A stretch of DNA of 64,000 nt, from NCBI GenBank assembly GCA_951406725.2, contig OX597829.1, positions 46,376,001 through 46,440,000 of the forward strand, read 5' to 3'. Below the pieces are notes generated by a model. The model was given only the letters and a program-made list of their open reading frames with translations, was not told the origin of the DNA and did no database searches. A program made the translations under genes and the position numbers. Below, piece by piece: positions 27,381 to 42,487 of the stretch. Origin of the DNA: Octopus vulgaris (lineage: Eukaryota). Position 1 is the stretch's first letter, and each line of letters begins with the position of its first letter.

Positions 27381-27754
27381 TAGTTTATTCATTTATAATC
27401 GAACGCGACACAGCCTTGACCACAGTAAGTTCATACATTCATACATACATGCATACATGGAGCAAAGAGGGTGCGGTTACAAATTCCATCATAGAAGGTT
27501 GCAGGGAAAGCCACCACGTGGCTTTAGATAAAGAGGGGAGACCAGCGGTTTGCTTCAAGTGGCATGCGAGCAGGAAGATAATCAACCCCGGTTGGATCAA
27601 CTGAGGGAAGGGGTCTGATGGTGAAAGACCCAATATCCCCTGAGACCATGGAAACTTTTCATTGACGATGCATTCCAGAGTATCAGTGAAATGTATCTTA
27701 AAACATTTTGCTGTTTTTTTGGGGGGAGGTGGGGATTGTCATTAATATTAATTT

Positions 27755-28330
27755 CAAATTTTGTTACAAGGCCAGCAATTTTGGAGGATGGATTAAGTTG
27801 ATTACATCGACCCCAGTGTTCAACTGGTACTTATTTTATTGACACCGAAAGGATGAAAGGCAAGGTTGATCCCAGTGGCTTTTAAACTTTGAAATTTTGC
27901 CAAGAGGTCAGCAATTGTGGAAGAGGGTATAAGTCGATCACATAAACCCCAGTGCTCTACTGGTTCTTATTCTATCGACTCCGAAAAGCAAAGTCGTTCC
28001 CAGCAGCATTTGAACTAAGGACGTATAATCGGAAGAAATACTTCTAAGCAATTTTTTCGGCACGGTAACATTTCTGCTAGCTCACCACAGTTTTAATGTC
28101 ATTAATATTACAAAAGATGATAAGGCGGTGAGCTGGCAGAATTGTTAATGCACCTGACGAAATGCTTTGTGGTATTACGTCCGTCTACACGTTCTTCTTG
28201 CGTTCAAATTCCGTTGAGGTCGACTTTGCCTTTCACCTTTTTGGAGTCGATAAAATGAGTAGCAACTGAGGACTGGGGTCAATATAATCGACTATCCGCC
28301 TCCTCCAAACTTACTGGTTTTGCTCAAAAA
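27755..28330. mobile_element. Degenerate SINE family B copies in both orientations
   Basis: Family B core motifs. Confidence 0.7.
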
Positions 28331-28344
28331 TTTGAAGCCGATAT

Positions 28345-29085
28345 TTTTTCTACTCTAGGCACAAGGCCCGAAATCTTGGGGGAGGGGGCCAATAGATTAG
28401 ATCGACGCCAGTGCGTGGCTGGTACTTAATTTATCGACCCCGAAAGGATGAAAGGCAAAGTCAACCTCGGCAGAATTTGAACTCAGAACGTAGCGGCAGA
28501 CGAAATATCTATTTCTTTACTACCCACAAGGGGCTAAACACAGAGAGGACAAACAAGGACAGACACATTGATTAAGTCGATTATATCGACCCCAGTGCGT
28601 AACTGGTACTTAATTTATCGAGTCCGAAAGGATGAAAGGCAAAGTCGACCTCGGCGGAATTTGAACTCAGAACGTAACGATAGACGAAATATCTATTTCT
28701 TTACTACCCACAAGGGGCTAAACACAGAGAGGACAAACAAGGACAGACACATTGATTAAGTCGATTATATCGACCCCAGTGCGTAACTGGTACTTAATTT
28801 ATCGAGTCCGAAAGGATGAAAGGCAAAGTCGACCTCGGCGGAATTTGAACTCAGAACGTAACGATAGACGAAATACCTATTTCTTTACTACCCACAAGGG
28901 GCTAAACACAGAGAGGACAAACAAGGACAGACACACGCATTAAGTCGATTATCTCGACCCCACTGCGTAACTGGTACTTAATTTATCGACCCCGAAATGA
29001 TGAAAGGCAAAGTCGACCTCGGCGGAATTTGGACTCGGAACGTAACGGCAGACGAAATATCGCTAAGCATTTCGTCCGGCGTCTT
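28345..29085 (-). mobile_element. Tandem array of SINE family B (four cores, 184-bp period)
   Basis: Near-identical units start 184 bp apart (28568 and 28752). Confidence 0.85.
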
Positions 29086-29767
29086 TGAAACCAACATTGT
29101 AAAAGATAATCTAGATGTGTTACCTTTACGACGCTTTTACAATTCCCGGTTTTAGCCGTGTCTCTTTAGTCATGTATTTATGATTATTCTTCATCAATGT
29201 GTCCACACATGATTCGTCGTGGTAATGATTATTTTCCATCAATGTGTCTACTCATGAATCGTGAGGAAATCAATTTACGCGTATGTTCGCAACTTAGTCT
29301 CATGCATCAAAGTCATGTTCGATCGTAACTTTGAAATTCATTTTCTATTTATTTACATTCCTAAATTACTCGAGAAAATTATGTCTGCTCCCATCCCGTA
29401 GATATTTCTATCGATATATTTTCAACACTCGTATGCAACAGAAACCTCGTTATCAATAGGAGAAAAAAATGAAAGCAAAGGGGAAACAAACAAACGAAAA
29501 GCAACATGAATAGGGATAAAAATAAATGACTAGCTTAAAAGAGTAGGAACGAATATAAAGAGAGAGAGGTAGGGGAGAGGGGAGAGGGGGGAGAGAAGAG
29601 AGGGTATGAGAGAGAGAGAAGAATAAAAATAGAGTTTAATAGTAGATAGAATAAAAACAAGAAAACCGAAGGAAAAGACAAAAAAAGGAAATGAATGTAA
29701 GAAGAGAATGTAAATTGCTCAGAGGTATTATTATTGAAACACATCACGACTGGTTTTGGTTTCCAAG

Positions 29768-29846
29768 TCATATCTCAGAAACAGCTGTGCTTGTTTTGAA
29801 ATTCCATCCGGGGCGTATATTTGCTACAGCTTGGGCAACGGTAAAT
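29768..29846 (-). CDS. Candidate terminal coding exon, unidentified gene
   Basis: Strong acceptor T-tract..ggtattttag|ATTTACC in unique sequence. Open frames: FTVAQAVANIRPGWNFKTSTAVSEI* or IYRCPSCSKYTPRMEFQNKHSCF*. Confidence 0.35.
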
Positions 29847-30586
29847 CTAAAATACCAAAAAAAAAAAAAAAATAATGTGAATAAAGTGATAAGAGGAAAA
29901 ATGAAAAATAAAAAATGGACATTGATTAAGAAAAGGAGGTTGCGAAATAAATAGATGTTGAAAACAGTCAGAAGAGGAAAAAGACTTGACAGCAAGCAAA
30001 AAAAAAAAAAAAAAAAAAAAGTTCGATACCACCGACATGGTTGTATGATGGAGAGAAACAAACACGAAGAGAGGAACGGAAATATGGGACACAAAGAAGC
30101 GAAGAATAAATATATGAAAAGAAGAATAAAGGGCTGAAGAATGAGCTAAGAATAATTGAAGGCAAAGATAATGGCTGATGCATCAGAAAATAATTAGGCT
30201 GGTAGCCAAAAAAAAAAAAAAAAAGGAAAAAGAAGTAAAATGGAAAGAAAAGCAAGTAAAATAAGAAAAGATATGGCGATATATAGCCAAGATGTAGAGG
30301 AGGTAAATCACTGCATAGCTAGCAACCAAGTTACGTAGATAAATGGAAACATAGATGAATTAATTTCAGGCGAAATTAGTAGGGATTCAGCGACGAAGCC
30401 AAAGCGAGGCCAAGTAGAGAATTTGGGTGATGCAATAATCGTATACGTACATGAATACATACATACATACATACATACATACATACATACATACATACAT
30501 ACATACATACATACATACATACATACATACATAAATTCATACATACATACATGATGGCTGCCCCCTCGTTATCGAGTATGGCCATT

Positions 30587-30974
30587 GGACGTTATCAAAG
30601 AAGCTTGAGAGGCGGTTGGATGGTACCTACACTCGCCTCCTTATGAGAGCTCAAAATCTCTCGTGGAAGCGCCATCCAACCAAAATGCAAATATATGGGA
30701 AACTACCACCTGTGTCATCTCTTGTGAAAGGTAAGAGAGTCCAGTTTGCTGGACATTGTTGTAGAGCTGAAAAAGAAGTAATTTCTACTCTTCTCCTCTG
30801 GAAGCCATCTACTCGCAATACCAGAGGGCGCACACTCTCCTACCCTGATGTAATCTCCAGGGATACAGGCATCCAGCAACAGGACCTCCGTAATGCCATG
30901 ATGGACCATGAAGTCTGGCGTAGCATGGTAAATTCCATTGTCTCGACCACGGTCGAACAATGATGATGATGATG
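30587..30974 (+). mobile_element. 5'-truncated RTE-like LINE 3' end
   Basis: WTLSKKLERRLDGTYTRLLMRAQNLSW..FAGHC..; (TGA)n tail; target-site duplication ATGGCCATT at 30578-30586 and 30975-30983. Confidence 0.85.
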
Positions 30975-31409
30975 ATGGCCATTCGACGAAGCTTAACTGT
31001 CATTGGGGCTGTGATCGAATGTGACTTTTTAGCCCAGCTAAAGATCTACAATGTCTTGTACAGAATTGGCAGCTAATACATACACACATACATACATACA
31101 TGCATGCATGCATGCATGGATGTATGTATGACAGTTAAGCTTCGTTCAATGGCCATACACGATAACGAGGGGGCAGCCATCATGTATGTATGTATGTAAC
31201 CCTAAAGATCTACAATGTCTTGTACAAAATTGACAGCTAAAACATACATACATAGATGCATACATACATACATACATACATACATAAATGCATACATACA
31301 TACATACATGCATACATACATACATACATACATGCATACATACATACATATTATACATACATACATCCAATACATACATACATACATACATACATACATA
31401 CATACATAC

Positions 31410-31930
31410 ATGATGGCCATCCACTCGTGACCGTAGAAGACCATTGCTGACCTTCAGGAATGCTCTGTGCTCTAGGACTAACTTATATTTTGCACTTGCG
31501 GCTCCGTTGGTGGTTAATGAGCCCTGCTCTCGACAAGCATACACAACTGCAAACATTGCAAATCAAGCTTTCCCCATTCACCTCACCAGCAGTACGCTTC
31601 CGAGCAGCACGCTTAAATTCTTCATGCAGAATAGTGCTCTCTCAAAGGGGTCGACTCCCTACTTATCCTGCCCCCTCCATCTGTGGCGACGACAGACATT
31701 GCTATCCCAGTCAGTCACCTGTAAATTACAGGTCTTTAATGAGGACTTGACACGGTCCTTAAGTCACAGTCTTGGTTTCTTCCGGGGTTTCTTCCACTAA
31801 CAACTATCCCATATAATATCTGTTTAGGGATCCTGCTATCCTTCATTCGAATAAGGTGTCCAGTCCAACGTAACCGATGCTTGGGCACCATCGCCTCTAT
31901 ACTCAAGACATCAGCTTTCCTCAGGAGTTT
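31410..31930 (-). pseudogene. Degenerate RTE (BovB-like) LINE 3' fragment
   Basis: The minus strand gives remnants like RLRW.GHLIRMKDSRIPKQILYG. Confidence 0.65.
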
Positions 31931-31939
31931 TTAAGGTCC

Positions 31940-33420
31940 ATCTAACATTCAGAATGTGTCTCAGCCATCACTGATAAAAGCGTTCAAGGACCCTTACGTG
32001 ACGTTTTGTAAAGGGTCTCTGTCTCACATGAATAAAGGAACGGTGTCAGTACACATGCACCGTACACAGAAATTTTTGTTTGTCTTGCAATGCCATGCTG
32101 GGACCATGCATAAGTATGTTTCTTGCAGAACTGAAGAAGGTAGTAACATTGACTTAAAGCAAAGCCTGTCTGAGATTCGTGACTGCTTCATCACATCACA
32201 CTTTGAAGGCTATCAATTTGCAATCCATGAACAGGAGATTGCTACTAAATACCTAAAAATCAAAAGGGACAGCAAAGCCCTTGGAGTTCCATGATGCAAC
32301 AAAATGTAGATTATATCATACTAGCACTATGACCCGACAACGCGAGTACTGTCCAAATCTCCGACCAATCACATACAGCTAGCTGGGATTAAATTGGCGT
32401 ATCAAGTTTCGGGCATTTTGATTGGGTTTTGGATAGAAAATTCACACAAAAGTCACTTCTATTGATTTTTTAATGGCTTTGCGGAGTGACTGGGGAAATA
32501 TAAAGATCTGCACGACCACTCTTGCACGGTTTTGAATGACCATAGAAAGTGCGAGCCCTCTAACTAAAAAATTGTGGATTTGTATAAAGGATACACACAC
32601 AGACAGACATTTTGCCGTTTATATATATATATATAGATTTCTGTGAGACATCACACATGTGATTAGCAGCTGCCGAAAAATATCATTACGAAACTACCTC
32701 CCTAAGCGACATGACATTGTCGCTAAAACAATATACGAAGCCATTCGGTATGTATGTATGTATGTATGTATGTATGTATGTATGTATGTATGTATGTATG
32801 TATGTATGTATGTATGTATGTATGCATGTATGTATGCATGTATGTATGTATGTATGTATGTGTTTACGTATGTATGTATAATATGCATGTATGTTTTTAT
32901 GCGTGTACTCTATCCCTACAAACATCAACACAAGGGATACAGGTGGAATATTCCCCTCAAAACATCTGTCGAGTGTAAACATAAGAGGTCAGATACTGTT
33001 GTCTGGGACAACAAGAAAAAAGTATATAGCGTCACAGAGGTCAGCTGACCTGCTAATGTGAATATCTGTTTGAAAATGAAGGAGAAAAAAGACAACTATG
33101 GACACAAGAGATTCAAAACCTCCAGCTTCTAATATTCGGATTACAAATTTATATTTATAACAATAATAATTGGTGCGCTTGGTTTTGTAAGCAAATGCCT
33201 AACTGTCAGTCTGGATAAGCTTGGATTTTCAGTAAAAGAAATCAACCAACTGATTCGCACATAACAAATACAATCTGTAATCAGAACGGTGAAGCTATGC
33301 AAGAATTTTCTCAGGTTTCAAATGTGACATTGCTTTTGTTATGGACATTCCAATGATGTAGTTTGTATCTTTGTTAGAAACCAGCCCCGTCCTCAGAGGA
33401 AGAATTTAATGTTCGCCTCA
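31940..33420 (+). pseudogene. R4/Dong-like RLE non-LTR retrotransposon 3' part, interrupted by a Helitron and (TATG)n
   Basis: ITSHFEGYQFAIHEQEIATKYL; HVISSC..YLPKRHDIVAK (zinc-knuckle region); KHKRSDTVVWD..TEVS (RLE domain). Confidence 0.75.
32321..32637 (-). mobile_element. Non-autonomous Helitron, family 2
   Basis: The minus strand starts A|TCTATATATATATATAAACGG and ends cgcgttgtcgggtcatagtgCTAG|T. Confidence 0.7.
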
Positions 33421-33477
33421 GCGAGGAGAAAATTCTTATGAATTAACTCTGAAATTGGGGCCGATACGATAATAACG

Positions 33478-33842
<365 letters not shown>

Positions 33843-33944
33843 ATATATATGTGGAAAATAGAAATAAGCATTCTTGACTGCTATTTCTACTTTTTCGGTA
33901 TGCGGTCAAGCAACCTGTTGCCTGTCCCTTTTTTCTTATATACA

Positions 33945-33997
<53 letters not shown>

Positions 33998-34109
33998 CAT
34001 ATAGAGATAGATAGATAGATAAAACTTACTTGTAAACAGATGCGTTGCGTCCCATCATATAATGATATAAATAATATATATATATATGCATATATACACA
34101 CATACATGT

Positions 34110-34315
34110 ACAGCGAGATTGTGTCTTGTCCCTACATTTGAAACGCGGAGTAGATAAAACAGGGGACAACTGACGAAGGCGATGTTCTTTATGTTGCATG
34201 TATCGTTTTCCTATTTCTTTCTTTCGTTGTTCGAAAAAAAGTTCACTTTCCATGCTTTTGTTTTTTATGTTCTCCTTTCGCATTTTGTTCACGTTTCTTT
34301 GACGTCCTGTACATA
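34110..34315 (+). mobile_element. Relative of the 15886-16080 element
   Basis: GAAACGCGGAGTAGATAAAACAGGGGACAACTGACGAAGG parallels GAAATAGGAGTAATAAACAGTCGACAATTGATGAGG. Both end near GTCCTGTAC. Confidence 0.45.
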
Positions 34316-34699
34316 TATATGCATGTATATATATATATATATATATATACACATAAATGTAGGCATGTTAGATGTATGTGTGTATACATGCATATATGTG
34401 CATATTAATAATTGATGTATGCATTTAAGACAGCGTGCTGGCAGAATCGTTAGCACGCCGTATTCAAGTTCCGGGTTCAAATTCCATGGAGGTTCACCTA
34501 GCCCATCGTCCTTTCGATGTCGATAAAATATGTACCAGTTGCATACTGAGGTCGATGTAAACCTGCTGTCCTTGTGACAAATTTGAAATCAATGTTAAGG
34601 ACGGATGTGCAAATTAAAGTTTCCAATAACATCAGTTATGTGCGCGTGTGTTTGTGTGTATGTGTATGTGTGTATGTGTGTAGGTGCGGGCGTGCTATT

Positions 34700-34849
34700 T
34701 TTGCTTTCCAAACACATGACTCCGGGTTCAGTCCTACTCATAGCACCTTGGGAAGTGTCTTCTACTATAGCCTATAGCCTCGGGCCGACCAAAGCCTTGT
34801 CAATGGATTTGGTGGACGGAAGCTGAAAGAAGCTCGTCGATATATACAA

Positions 34850-34883
<34 letters not shown>

Positions 34884-35072
34884 CTGTATTTGTAGTCAAC
34901 TACCACTTGACAACCGGCGTTGGTGTGTTTAAGTCTCCGTAACGTAGCGGTTCGGCATAAGAACCGATAAAAAAGATATATAAATAAGTCATGGGGTTGA
35001 TTTGTTCGACTAAATACCGTTCAAGGCAGTGACCCAGTATGGCCGCAGTTAAATGACTGACACAAGTAAAAG
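34700..35072 (+). mobile_element. Degenerate SINE family A
   Basis: Homology to 7946-8377. Confidence 0.75.
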
Positions 35073-35098
35073 ATATATATATATGTATATATATATAT

Positions 35099-35141
<43 letters not shown>

Positions 35142-35304
35142 AGTGTGTGTGTCTGTGTCTGTGTGTATGTATATATATATATGTATATGTGTGTGTGTAT
35201 TTAAATACTCAAGCACATGTAAAGTATGTATCTGTCCTTGACATTAGGTTTATTAGCCTGCCTGTCAATCATTTTATTTGTATATTCATCAACTACCCTC
35301 TCAC

Positions 35305-35472
35305 TTCTTTATTGACGTTTGCGACATCAGATCGACCGCCGACCTCTGGTGTCTTCCTTGACAAGCTCTTCATGTTTTCACTATGTGTTGCCTGCTTTTG
35401 CGTCATCAGCCCTCTCTGCTCGTGCGATCTTCCTTGACGGGGCTTACCCGGATGACTGCTGAATTGCTGACT
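35305..35472 (-). CDS. Candidate internal coding exon (168 bp), unidentified gene
   Basis: GC-richer unique island. ctttag|AGTCAG..AAAGAA|gtgaga. Open frame SQQFSSHPGKPRQGRSHEQRGLMTQKQATHSENMKSLSRKTPEVGGRSDVANVNKE. Confidence 0.35.
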
Positions 35473-35907
35473 CTAAAGATGGCCATGTATGTTTAAGTTA
35501 TCGCTGATATAAAATATATAAAATATTACATTCATTGTCTCTATGTCTATTTATTTATCTCTCGCAGACTCACTACACACAAATACAATGTCTGCACATA
35601 CATGGGACACTGACGCACATACACATGCATACACACACATATACACACACAAATATCCATGAATTGACATTACAAGTAGAGTTGGTATAGAAACAAATTT
35701 AACGAATCATTAAAGATGTGTTAAAGAATTTTCTTTGCCTTCTTATCATTTGGATATTTACTCTTCGTCAAACTCACTTAACAGTATTATTGTTGGGAAG
35801 CACCTGAGGAATTCTGGCTTTGGCCTGGAATCCGACAGCATTGATAGCTCAGTATTCTGGTCGAGTGCTTCTCTAGAAATACTCTAACTTTACACCTTAC
35901 CATGAGC

Positions 35908-37200
<1,293 letters not shown>

Positions 37201-37244
37201 TCTCTCTCTCTCTTTCTGTCTATCTATCTATCTATCTATCTGTC

Positions 37245-37350
<106 letters not shown>

Positions 37351-38224
37351 CAGAAAGAAAGAGAGAGAGAGTGAGAGAGAGAGCGACAAAGAGAGGAAGG
37401 GAGAGAGAGACAGAGACAGACAGACAGACATACAGAGTATTAATTATCACACAACATAAATGACTGTTTTCTTAAAAATCATCTCCTCCTCTACAGGCTC
37501 ACTCATAATTACCAGTTGGCAATTAAGGCAGCTCGGTGAGAATTGAAAATAATCTCAATATTCAAGTATTCTCCAAAACTGACATGTCATTTAAGAAAGA
37601 TACAAACTTATCGTCTGGAAACATAAGGACAATAATGGACACGCGTTTTCTGGCTCCCAAACCGTCTTCAACACGACAATTTTCCGATCTTATCTCCAGT
37701 TGCTAAAGGACTTATAAAACAGAATAAAAAAAAACATTAATGGCTTAGGTAATTTATCTAACCCAAAAATCTTATGAAAACTGTATGGAAGTAGCTGAGA
37801 ATCTTTAACCTTGTCAATGTCTTCCTCTCCAGCCTTTCTCTCGTGAGTTACTTTTACTTTCGATACACTGAATGATTAAGACGGCTAATATATGTCCTTG
37901 AGAAAAAAGGGGGTTGAACAATCATTTTAAGAGCTACAAAGGTTAATGGGAAAAGATATCCATAGATCAGAGACGTAACCCGAATGTTTTGATATATCGG
38001 ACTCTTCAAAAGGTACAATGAGTCAGTTGGTACGGAAATTAAACTAAAGTTAAAAGAGGCTTAAGGTGGATTCGTCAGGCAGAAACGGGGAGCGACGTGG
38101 CTCTAAAGAATTCAAAAACCTTGTTTTCAGTTACAAACACACACACACCACACACACACACACACATACACACACACACACACATACACATACACACACA
38201 ATATGTTTGTGTGTATGTGTGTGT

Positions 38225-38520
38225 TTTATTTGTTTCAGTCATTTGACTGCGGCCATAAAGAACCGCTAAAAAAAGAACCGCTATAAAAGAAATCGAACTC
38301 AGAACTTATTCTTTGTAAGCCTAGTATTTCATTTGATCGGTTTTCTTTTAGCGAACCACTAAATTACGGTGACATAGAAATACTAGTATCGATTGTCAAG
38401 CGATGGCGAGAGAACAAACACAGACACACACAGGCACACACATACACACACACACACACATAGACATACAATGAGCTTATAGAAGACACTTTCCCAAGGT
38501 ATTACGCAGTGGGACTGAAC
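38225..38520 (-). mobile_element. Degenerate SINE family A
   Basis: ttgtttcagtcatttgactgcggcca .. gcagtgggactgaac. Confidence 0.7.
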
Positions 38521-39862
38521 AACACATATTTGTATGCATGTGTATATTATATATATATATATTGATTGGTAGTTTCATTACTGTTCTTCTATACCGTAAG
38601 AATCCTCAATAGAAATGTCGAACGATTCCATAAAAACAAACGTAGCTTGACATATGTACTCTTACGTGAAAGACTCATTGAATTTCATTTTTGTTTTATT
38701 CCCTATAAACTTTACAACATTATATCGTATCTGTCTCAGGAATACAGTCGTACATCTATCAACGTCTGGTGGATATTTGCTTATGCGTTTCCACGAGTAT
38801 TCTTTACAAATCTACATTTCTATGTCTATATACGTCAAGTGAGAATTGAGAAAAGAGTTCAGATTTATAGATTTGCACGTATTTCTATTATACTTACCTT
38901 ATTTATGTTTTCATTTATTTAATTCATTTATTTATTTTATTTATTTATTTATAGTTTGCTTCACTGTATCGAGAAACAGTTGCTATTTTCTCGCAAGCTG
39001 AAAATCATAGCAGCCATCTTGTTTTGAATTTATTATATTAACTGGGTACGGAGCATTTATGACATTTTGTTTTTAATTTTACATATTTGTAGGATTATAT
39101 TATAATACAGGGATTAGAAGAGATTAACTTTCAATACATTAAATCTCTTTCACTTCCTGCGATTATCATAGACCGTTTTCTTTAAGAAAATAAATTGTAA
39201 ATACTATTATTCGATTTGATTTTAAATTGTCTCCGTTTTCTTTCTTATTTTTATTTTTATTACATTTAATAATTTTATGTTTTCATTTCATTTTACTTTT
39301 CGTTATTGATTAAATTCGTATTATTGAAGATCAAAGTCGTGAAAAAGAGAAATTGTAAGATTTTTTTGCGATATGTTTTTTCTTTTTTTTTGCTATTCAT
39401 TTGATGAAACAAACGGAATGAAGGATTGCAGAGAGAATCCCGGATTTAACTCTTAATAACTACAAATAATTTCGTTTTACTTTGTTATGTTTTACTATAT
39501 CGAAAACAGAATCGTTAAATAACTTTTTGTAAAGCGTTACGATTAAATATAGAAATAAATAAATATGAAATTCATTAAAAAAAGAATGATATAACTATAT
39601 CTTCACTGATTTTTCCTTTCAATAAAAATTTCTCAAATATGACAAAGAAAATTTTCTTTTATCTTTCTGAGGCTGATATGACGAAACCTTACATTAAGGG
39701 AAAAGGGAAACTGTTATAACTCTCCAATAAACAACGTTGAAAAACTACAAAAAAAAAAAAAAGAAAAAATTAACAAAAGCAGAAAGGATAAAGAAAATCA
39801 ACATAAATCCAAATTGATAACAAGAAGTCAAAGTTACATACAGGGAGAAATATATATATATA

Positions 39863-40260
39863 TCTTTATATATAAAAGAGAAGTTGTGCGTCTGTCTCCT
39901 ACGATTTAGATTCCTAACTACTCCCACATTTTGCAGTGCAGTTTAACCAAAACCGGGTATCTTATAGCCGTGATTCATATCGAACCCTTCTGGGTATTAG
40001 CGCGCGTCTACGATAAGTGTACGATTTAAAAAAAAATTTACCATAATTTTTTTCCATTTTAATGCATTTTTTCTCTATTATATAAGGGAAGTAACTCTCT
40101 AAAAATGTCAACGATGAGTCAACGATTTAAAAAAAAAATTACCATCATTTGTTTTCCATTTTTAATGCATTTTTTGGCTATTTTTTGGCTATAACTCTCT
40201 AAAAATGCTTATATAGTTATTTCCCTTACAAACCCGAGCAACGCCGGGTGATACTGCTAG
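39863..40260 (+). mobile_element. Non-autonomous Helitron, family 1, two internal units
   Basis: TC..CTAG termini, 3' hairpin, A|T insertion site. Confidence 0.85.
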
Positions 40261-40543
40261 TATATATATATATATATATATATTTGTTTTAAGCTGATAA
40301 TAATAAGCCATAACTCTGTAATAAGAGTGAAATAACCAGGTATGCAAAGCTTACACGACGGGCTTCTTCCATTTTCCCTCTACCGAATCCACTCACAAAG
40401 CTTTGGTCGGCTCGAGGCCATAGAAGACACTTACCCAAGATTGTGAAGCAAGCTTCTTACCGCACAGTCAGGCCAGCGCCTATATGTGTATATACATGTC
40501 TATATAGTTATATTCACACACGCATATATATATACACACACAC

Positions 40544-40589
<46 letters not shown>

Positions 40590-40596
40590 TATATAT

Positions 40597-40760
40597 AGGC
40601 GCAGGAGTGGCTGTGTGGTAAGTAGCTTGTTTACCAACCACATGGTTCCGGGTTCAGTCCCACTGCGTGGCACCTTGGGCAAGTGTCTTCTACTATAGCC
40701 TCGGACCGACCAAAGCCTTGTGAGTGGATTTGGTAGACGGAAACTGAATGAAGCCCGTCG

Positions 40761-40822
<62 letters not shown>

Positions 40823-41046
40823 TGTGTGTGTTTGTGTATCTGTGTTTGTCCCCCTAGCATTGCTTGACAACCGATGCCGGTGTGTTTATGTCCCCGTCAC
40901 TTAGCGGTTCGGCAAAACAGACCGAGAGAATAAGTACTGGGCTTACAAAGAATAAGTCCCGGGGTCGAGTTGCTCGACTAAAGGCGGTGCTCCAGCATGG
41001 CCGCAGTCAAATGACTGAAACAAGTAAAAGAGTAAAAGAGTAAAGA

Positions 41047-41048
<2 letters not shown>
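40597..41048 (+). mobile_element. SINE family A, full length
   Basis: Homology to 7946-8377. Confidence 0.9.
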
Positions 41049-41097
<49 letters not shown>

Positions 41098-41163
41098 TAT
41101 TCACACACACATACATAAATATATATATATATATATAAGAGAGAGAGAGAGAGAGCTAAGATT

Positions 41164-41471
41164 AACGGGCTAAAACTATCTCTTATCATGCATTCAAGTA
41201 TCTGGACTCACGTTGACCGGTTTCTGGACTGGCATTATAGTCTCACCTTCCTCAGCACGCGTTACTATGATAGAAAGCCCCAACCTGTCACGTTGAAGTA
41301 TATGATTCGGCGTAAAACGAATCAGTTGCAGCGAAGACTTCAACGTAACTGGTTGGGTCTCTCCTCATAGTAACGTGTGCTGAGGAAGGTGAGGCTATCA
41401 TGCCAGTCCAGAAACCGGTCAACGTGAATCCAGATACTTGAATGTATGTTGAGAGATTGTCTTAGCCCGTT
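41164..41471. mobile_element. Fold-back Penelope-type terminal repeat with a hammerhead-like core in each arm
   Basis: Two ~135-bp inverted arms. On + at 41373-41425: acgtgtg CTGAGGA aggtgaggctatcatgccagtcca GAAA ccgg TC aacgt. Confidence 0.7.
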
Positions 41472-41569
41472 TGCCCGCAGACGGTTGATTTCTGTAGTTA
41501 TTATCTGTATATTTTGGCAATTTAAATAAGAGTTTTGACTGTTATTTCCAGCAGGTAGACATACTTACT

Positions 41570-41925
41570 ATGTCCTTTGATTAATTTTAATTCTTCAGCT
41601 ATTTAATACTCTTTAGGGCCTGCAATTGCCTATATCATTGACTCTGTTATTAACATTTTTAATTGTTACATTAGATAATAACAGCATCAATAATATCTTC
41701 GCAAATATTTTCTCCTGAATTATTTGCTCCGTACCTCACTCATAGATTACCCAAATTTCTTTCATTGGTCTCAACTGTGTCTGTTAAGCTTTTGTCGGAA
41801 GGAAGGGGCTCTCATGTTCAGATGTTCTTTAATGCGAATATGTAACGGGCTTCTTGTGCTACCCACATAGAACTTGTTGCATTTGTTACATTGTATTCTG
41901 TACACAAACATTTACTCGTTGGCAT
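41570..41925 (-). pseudogene. Penelope-like element GIY-YIG endonuclease fragment
   Basis: Minus strand 41905-41810 translates VYRIQCNKCNKFYVGSTRSPLHIRIKEHLNMR, matching the PLE VY.I.C..C...YVG.T.R.L..R..EH signature. Confidence 0.85.
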
Positions 41926-42091
41926 AAATCTGTATATATATATATATATATATATATTTTATTACAAATGCAAATCAACACTACGGAGGAATCGACGTAA
42001 CGTTAAATGATAAACCGTGATAGGTGAACCGCGTTATGGCGAGGGATTACTGTATTGGTCTTAAACATATACACAGAGACACAGACACATG

Positions 42092-42155
<64 letters not shown>

Positions 42156-42156
<1 letters not shown>

Positions 42157-42453
42157 CTTTATATATAAAAGTGAAGTTGTGTGTCTACCTCCTACGATTT
42201 AGATTCCTAACTACTCCCACATTTTGCGGTGCAGTTTAACTAAAACCGGGTATCTTATAGTCGTGATTCATATCGAGCTCTTCTGGGTATTAGCGTGCGT
42301 CTATGATGAATCTACGATTAAAAAAAAATTACCATAATTTTTTCCCATTTTTAATGCATTTTTTTTGCTATGATATAAGGGAAGTAACTCTCTAAAAATG
42401 CTTATATAGTTATTTCCCTTACAAACCCGATCAACGCCGTGCGATACTGCTAG
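42156..42453 (+). mobile_element. Non-autonomous Helitron, family 1, minimal form
   Basis: TC..CTAG termini and one internal unit. Confidence 0.85.
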
Positions 42454-42487
<34 letters not shown>

